The position numbers were made by a program, and so were the translations under genes. Shown piece after piece: positions 58,666 through 64,000 of a DNA stretch of 64,000 bases. Source of the DNA: a virus (lineage: Duplodnaviria > Caudoviricetes). Location of the stretch: the IMG/VR virus record IMGVR_UViG_3300037067_012889, positions 96,001-160,000 of that record; one strand, given 5' to 3'. The first letter of the stretch is position 1. Each line of letters opens with the position of its first letter. Below the pieces are notes generated by a model. That model ran no database searches. It saw only the letters and a program-made list of their open reading frames with translations, and was not told the origin of the DNA.

Positions 58666-60084
58666 ATGGCTGGTACAGCACGCGTATCGCGACAAATAGT
58701 TGAAGTTCTAACGACAAGCAATCTTTTGCCGCCATATACGTATGGAACGATTAAAGCAACAAGGCAAATGATAGATGTCCTGTTGTTAGATGGCACTGCT
58801 CTACCTCCATACACATATGCTACGATATACGTAACAAGACAAATTGTTGAAGTTTTGACTTGGCAAGACTATTATAATGCCAGTGCATCTAATACTTTAA
58901 GTATAACACAGACACTTAATGCTTTCGCGAATACAACGCCACCAACATTTTCAAAAGCACTCATATCTAAATCGAATGCAATAGAACAAATGCCAAACGG
59001 TGACATAATAAACCACGGAGATTTTCCAATATGGACTACAAATAGCTCATCTTGGACGCAAACAAGGCAAGCCTTTTGTGCAAGAGTCGAAGCAAACGCA
59101 GCATGTTTTAATCAAGATACCATTACATTTGGAAGTCTCGGGACTACTACGAAATGCTTGGGAAGTGTTTTGGCTCCAAATGGATGCATTTATGGTCCAC
59201 CACGTACAAGCACATCAATTCTAAAAATCGACACCACAACAGATGCAATTACAACTTTTGGCAGTTTTGGTTCTGGTGCAGATAAATGGGGTGGTGCCGT
59301 CTTAGCTCCCAATGGATACATATATTGCATACCAAATACGATTACGACGATTTTAAAAATTGATCCGGCAACAGATACTACAACCACATTTTCAAGTGGT
59401 TGCACTGGCTCTGCAGATTTTAGCGGCGGCGTTGTTGCACCGAATGGATGCATCTATTGTGCACCATGGAGCTATACTGCCGTCTTAAAAATTGATCCAA
59501 CAACAGATACAGTGACAACATTTGGAGCAGCGGCCGTTGGAGCCGGTACTGTTAAATGGCAATCTGCCGTTCTTGCCCCAAATGGTATGATTTATTGCAT
59601 GGCTGTAAATAGTACAGCAATCTTGAAAATCGATCCAACAACAGATACGGCTACAACATTTGGTAGCGTTGGTGCTGGGACTTATAAATGGGCTGGCGGC
59701 ATATTAGCGCCGAATGGTATGATCTATGCAATACCACAAGACGCAACAACTATCTTGAAAATCGATCCAACAACAGACACAGCAACAACATTTGGCAGTC
59801 TGTCCGGCACAGCCAAATGGGTCGGCGGCGTCTTAGCTCCAAATGGTATGATTTATGGCATACCGTGGTCTAGTACTACAATATTAAAAATCGATCCAAC
59901 AACAGACATAGCAACAACGTTTGGAAGCTTATCTGGCTCTGCCAAATGGGCTGGCGGCACAGTAGCGCCAAATGGCATGATTTATGGCATACCGTGGTCT
60001 AGTGCTACGGTCTTAAAATTTGGTGGTATGTCGGACGATGCGCCACTTGATTACTGTTTGTCAAGATATTTCAATAGATATTAG
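58666..60084 (+). CDS. Seven-repeat beta-propeller protein with three N-terminal RQxxEVL repeats
   Basis: 7 x W.GGVLAPNG.IY..P...ILKIDP.TDT.TTFGS. Confidence 0.8.
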   Translation: MAGTARVSRQIVEVLTTSNLLPPYTYGTIKATRQMIDVLLLDGTALPPYTYATIYVTRQIVEVLTWQDYYNASASNTLSITQTLNAFANTTPPTFSKALISKSNAIEQMPNGDIINHGDFPIWTTNSSSWTQTRQAFCARVEANAACFNQDTITFGSLGTTTKCLGSVLAPNGCIYGPPRTSTSILKIDTTTDAITTFGSFGSGADKWGGAVLAPNGYIYCIPNTITTILKIDPATDTTTTFSSGCTGSADFSGGVVAPNGCIYCAPWSYTAVLKIDPTTDTVTTFGAAAVGAGTVKWQSAVLAPNGMIYCMAVNSTAILKIDPTTDTATTFGSVGAGTYKWAGGILAPNGMIYAIPQDATTILKIDPTTDTATTFGSLSGTAKWVGGVLAPNGMIYGIPWSSTTILKIDPTTDIATTFGSLSGSAKWAGGTVAPNGMIYGIPWSSATVLKFGGMSDDAPLDYCLSRYFNRY

Positions 60085-60108
60085 AGATTGATTGCATTTG
60101 GAGATTGC

Positions 60109-61254
60109 ATGGCTTACCAAAAACCACTGATTAAAAACACAAATTCGATTGGATCTCTGCCCAGTGGAGATTTATTAGCCCACGGCGATTTTCCCTTATG
60201 GTCTGCGAACAAATTGTCGTGGGAGCAAACACAATTAGCATTATGCACGAGGGCAAGTTTAGATCGTGCTTGTTCGCAGTTCACCACAACAATATTTGGT
60301 AGTTTTTCTGGTACGTCGAAATGGACGTGCGGTGTCTTAGCTCCTAACGGTTATATTTATAGTTGTCCATGTTACAGTGGCACAGTTTTAAAAATCGATC
60401 CGACAACAGATACTGGTACAACATTTGGTAGTCTTGGTGACACAACTACATTTAGATGGAGCGGTTGTGTCTTGGCACCAAATGGATACATCTACGGAGT
60501 TCCGAGTGCAAGCACTGAAATAGTAAAAATAGATCCTACGACAGATACAGTGACAACATTTGGAGCCCTGTCGTCTGATGCCGATAAGTGGTTTGGTTGC
60601 GTTTTGTCATCGACAGGTATAATTTACGGCATACCACAAACTGGCACCTCGATCTTAAGAATCGATCCTGCGACAGATACAGCTACCACATTCGGAAGCC
60701 TTGCAGTAGCTAATAACAAATGGTTAGGTGGTGTACTAGCTCCTAATGGATGTATTTATGGCGTTCCATATGCTAGTACGTCAGTTCTAAAAATCGATCC
60801 TAGTACAGATACAGCAACAACATTCGGAAGCTTTACAGGAGCAACAAAATGGCAGGGTGGCGTGTTAGCTCCTAATGGACGCATCTATTGTATTCCGACA
60901 GGTATCGGAACAATTTTGAAAATCGATCCAGCAACTGATACCGGCACGACATTTGGAAGCATATCCGGTACAGCACCGATGAATGTAGGTGGAGTCTTAG
61001 GTGCAGATGGTCTGATTTATGGGGTTCCTTTTAGTGGTACTGCACTTCTAAAAATAGATCCAACGATTGACGTGGCTGCTACTACTACATTTAGCAACTT
61101 AACTGGTTCTAGTAAATGGTATGGCGGAGTTTTGGCCACCAATGGATGTATATATTGCGTACCACACACAGGCACGACTGTTCTAAAGATTGGTACTGCA
61201 CTAGACGACGTACCGCTCAATCGGTGCCTGTCACGACATTTCAACAAACCTTAA
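60109..61254 (+). CDS. Seven-repeat beta-propeller protein (likely start MAYQKPLI)
   Basis: 7 repeats; GGAG RBS before ATG 60109. Confidence 0.8.
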   Translation: MAYQKPLIKNTNSIGSLPSGDLLAHGDFPLWSANKLSWEQTQLALCTRASLDRACSQFTTTIFGSFSGTSKWTCGVLAPNGYIYSCPCYSGTVLKIDPTTDTGTTFGSLGDTTTFRWSGCVLAPNGYIYGVPSASTEIVKIDPTTDTVTTFGALSSDADKWFGCVLSSTGIIYGIPQTGTSILRIDPATDTATTFGSLAVANNKWLGGVLAPNGCIYGVPYASTSVLKIDPSTDTATTFGSFTGATKWQGGVLAPNGRIYCIPTGIGTILKIDPATDTGTTFGSISGTAPMNVGGVLGADGLIYGVPFSGTALLKIDPTIDVAATTTFSNLTGSSKWYGGVLATNGCIYCVPHTGTTVLKIGTALDDVPLNRCLSRHFNKP

Positions 61255-61264
61255 TCATAGCACA

Positions 61265-61795
61265 ATGAATAACGAGACTTACATAAAACCGGCAGGTAGA
61301 TTCGATGTTGAACACTGGCGTAGAGGAAAGCTTCTTACTATACACCATGCACCAAATGGTGTTTCAAATGAAGGTAAGACTGGAATATTAAATGCCAACT
61401 TCTACAATGGCACTAATATTGGATATTGGTGGGTTGGTCTAATTGACAATACTGGTTTTGTGGCACTGGCCTCTACGGATTCTTATCAAAGCATTAATCA
61501 ACCAGGTAACGGATGGTCTGAATTTACAGGATATGTGGATGGCATAAATACTAGCACAAGGCCAACATGGAATAATAACGCAGCTTCGGCACAAACGATA
61601 ACAAATACAGTTAAAACGTTATTCACGATTACCGTCGCAGGCACAGTTGTTGGTGCATTCGTCGTTGGTGGCCCAACATCACAAATCAAAGGTGATTATT
61701 CTTCTGGTAATGTACTATGGGCGGATGCATTATTCCCGGTCACTGACGTATTACCGACAGATCAGTTAAAAATTACGTACACAATATTACTGTAA
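61265..61795 (+). CDS. Virion protein, paralogue B of 55078..55617
   Basis: Colinear motif identity. Confidence 0.75.
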   Translation: MNNETYIKPAGRFDVEHWRRGKLLTIHHAPNGVSNEGKTGILNANFYNGTNIGYWWVGLIDNTGFVALASTDSYQSINQPGNGWSEFTGYVDGINTSTRPTWNNNAASAQTITNTVKTLFTITVAGTVVGAFVVGGPTSQIKGDYSSGNVLWADALFPVTDVLPTDQLKITYTILL

Positions 61796-61806
61796 ATGAG
61801 ATCAAT

Positions 61807-64000
61807 ATGACATATCAAAATCCATTAGTGTCAAAATCGGGCAGGATGCAAGTACTGTCAAACACAGAGATAATAAATCACGGAGACTTTCCACCATGGG
61901 CGACAAATCCGTATGGCCAGACGGCCGTAGCATACACTTCATCGATTTACTATAAAAAACTGATAACGGTCGATCACACTAAAATCGGCAGTACAGATAA
62001 TTTACGAATAGTAATCCCAATTGTAAATGACGCTGACTTGGGAGCACACGCTCAGCTAAATGGCTATGACATATTTCTCGTAGATGCAAATGGAAATTAT
62101 ATGCATCACGACATAATGAGTTACAGTGTTGTATCAGGGCTTGCGAATGGCAACATTGCAACATGTCTAGTCTCACCAAGCACATCAGTCGATACAACTT
62201 TCTATTTGTGTTACGGAATCGCTCAACAATTTTCACTTGCACATCCAAGCGGCGTATGGAACACATACCGATGGGTCTCGCATCTTGAAGAGGCATATTA
62301 TCCATATAAAGATGTCGCAAAAGGTTACAACACTGTAGGCGGAACATATCCAACGCAAGGGACTGGAAAAATCGGGAACGGCCAGACATTCAACGGCTCA
62401 TCTATGTATCTCGATTTTGGTTTACTTGTTGGATGTGCGATAGGAGATTATACTGCGTCTGCCTGGATTAAGCCAGCTGGGCTGGGAGCCGAACGACGTT
62501 TCATGTCTAATATGGGATATGGCAATTATAATGGCTCATTCGATTTCTTGTTAGATGGTTCGAATAAATTAACAATATTACATCAAAGCGGTTCAGCACA
62601 ATCGGTTTATAGGAGCACATCTACTAGCCTCTTCACAAACGGCGTATGGGCGAAGGTTGAAGTATCATGGGCGTCTCCGACTGGCGTACCAACATTATAT
62701 GTAAACGGTTCACCAGTTGCTGGTGCTCTAGATAGTGGCGTTGGCATGGTAACACCAAGATCGATACCAAGTTATGATATGCGAATCGGTTCTACTGGCG
62801 GTGGCACGATAACGACTTGGTGGAGTGGTATGGTAGACGAAGTCAGATTCGCCGACTACATCAAACCAGCAGCTCTAATTGCAACGGAATATACTTTCGA
62901 CACACAGACTTGCGTTACGGTGGGAGCAGAGACTAGTTCATCGTATCTACCACCAGCATATAGCAGCTGGCCACAAACAAGACAAGCTCTAACTTCACGT
63001 ATAGGGACCAATTTAGTTGCTTCCCAGCACTACATCTCATCTACTTTTACTAACGGTAGCCTCACATTAGACGCAAATAAATGGTCTGGTGGCGTCCTAG
63101 CTCCGAGTGGGTCGATTTATTGCGTGCCATATACTGCTACTACAATATTAAAAATCGATCCGACATTAGATACGGCGATTACTTTTGGAAGTCTCGCAGC
63201 AGATGCCACCAAATGGATTGGTGGCGTATTGGCTCCTAACGGATGCATCTATTGCATACCATATACTGCCACTACAATATTGAAAATAGATCCAACATCG
63301 GACACTACGACAACGTTCGGCAGTTTAGTCGGTGATACAAAATGGGTTGGTGGTGTTGTTGGTATGAATGGCATGATTTATGGAGTTCCACATAGTAGTA
63401 CGTCGATACTTAAAATAGACCCAACAACAGACACGGTTACAACATTCGGTGCTGTAGGGGCCGATACCTTAAAATGGCAAGGTGGAGTATTGGCCCCGAA
63501 CGGATGCATCTATTGTGCACCTTTTAATAATACTTATGCTCTAAAAATCGATCCATCAGCAGATACTTACACATTACTATTCGGTAGCCTATCAGGTACT
63601 AGCAAATGGATCGGTGCTGTTCTGGCTCCAAATGGATGTATTTATTGCATACCGTGCTCAAGTACAACCGTTCTAAAAGTCAATCCGTTTTCAGACACAT
63701 TTACAACATTTGGAAGCCTATCTGGTTCTCTAAAATGGAGTGGTGGCGTCTTGGCCCCGGACGGTATGATATATGGGATACCACAAAATTCTACTACAAT
63801 TCTAAAAATAGATCCAACAACAGACGTGGCCACAACTTTTGGCAGTGTTGGTTCTGCATCATCGAGCTGGCTTGGAGGTATCTTGGCTCAAAGCGGAGTA
63901 ATATATGGTGTTCCGCAGAGTTATAATTATGTTTTGAAAATCGGCACACCAGCTATTGATGTTACAACTGATTTCCCACTATCACGCCATTTCAACAAAT
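61807..64000 (+). CDS. DUF2341-like + LamG + seven-repeat beta-propeller protein, absent from the ORF track because its stop lies past the window edge
   Basis: Translated by hand: MTYQNPLV...HGDFPPW, YKKLITVDHTKI...NGYDIF...FYLCYG, GKIGNG..FNG...SAWIK...LYVNG...G.VDEVR, 7 propeller repeats, ends LSRHFNK. Confidence 0.85.
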   Translation, partial: MTYQNPLVSKSGRMQVLSNTEIINHGDFPPWATNPYGQTAVAYTSSIYYKKLITVDHTKIGSTDNLRIVIPIVNDADLGAHAQLNGYDIFLVDANGNYMHHDIMSYSVVSGLANGNIATCLVSPSTSVDTTFYLCYGIAQQFSLAHPSGVWNTYRWVSHLEEAYYPYKDVAKGYNTVGGTYPTQGTGKIGNGQTFNGSSMYLDFGLLVGCAIGDYTASAWIKPAGLGAERRFMSNMGYGNYNGSFDFLLDGSNKLTILHQSGSAQSVYRSTSTSLFTNGVWAKVEVSWASPTGVPTLYVNGSPVAGALDSGVGMVTPRSIPSYDMRIGSTGGGTITTWWSGMVDEVRFADYIKPAALIATEYTFDTQTCVTVGAETSSSYLPPAYSSWPQTRQALTSRIGTNLVASQHYISSTFTNGSLTLDANKWSGGVLAPSGSIYCVPYTATTILKIDPTLDTAITFGSLAADATKWIGGVLAPNGCIYCIPYTATTILKIDPTSDTTTTFGSLVGDTKWVGGVVGMNGMIYGVPHSSTSILKIDPTTDTVTTFGAVGADTLKWQGGVLAPNGCIYCAPFNNTYALKIDPSADTYTLLFGSLSGTSKWIGAVLAPNGCIYCIPCSSTTVLKVNPFSDTFTTFGSLSGSLKWSGGVLAPDGMIYGIPQNSTTILKIDPTTDVATTFGSVGSASSSWLGGILAQSGVIYGVPQSYNYVLKIGTPAIDVTTDFPLSRHFNK

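Noticed and set aside
58666-64000. Propeller repeats as DGR template/variable repeats or as CRISPR
   Set aside because: Copies differ at all four bases, mostly at synonymous positions, all lie in coding frames, and there is no reverse transcriptase in the window.
1-64000. Stop-codon reassignment, as seen in some large phages
   Set aside because: Long genes are intact in the standard code, and TAA, TAG and TGA all end genes at sensible boundaries.
1-64000. tRNA or other structured RNA genes
   Set aside because: Intergenic gaps are short, several hold small ORFs, and I saw no cloverleaf or T-loop consensus by eye. A covariance-model scan would be needed to exclude them fully.

Overview
The window reads as a 64-kb piece of a large (jumbo-like) tailed dsDNA phage genome in the standard genetic code. 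It is densely coded and switches strand in blocks. I found no rRNA, tRNA, CRISPR array or integrase. Bases 1-20.8 kb and 30.5-36.3 kb hold short accessory genes: two Pol-beta nucleotidyltransferases, a SLOG/DUF2493 protein, DUF4031, an HNH nuclease, an S24/S26 peptidase, three methyltransferases, split coaB plus a coaC-M23 fusion, a stand-alone ligase adenylation domain and a MerR-like HTH. Bases 20.8-30.5 kb and 36.3-64 kb are mostly virion or structural genes. These include a ~2185-aa beta-helix/discoidin/collagen fibre, a P2-gpI-like baseplate protein, a Ser/Pro-stalk adhesin, a GT31 glycosyltransferase and a paralogue array (2 adaptor-like, 3 lectin-like, 3 seven-bladed propeller genes). 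The best candidate for a new system is at 55.6-58.9 kb. Three lectin-like paralogues there all stop at IGI(K/R)VM, and the next gene begins with exactly three copies of an RQ(I/M)(V/I)(E/D)VL strand, which suggests donor-strand assembly in trans. Other highlights are a putative late-promoter motif CAAANWTA, a stand-alone T4-portal-clip-like protein, a DPPD methyltransferase and several hints of a Planctomycetota host. All family assignments come from motif recognition by eye, not from database searches.
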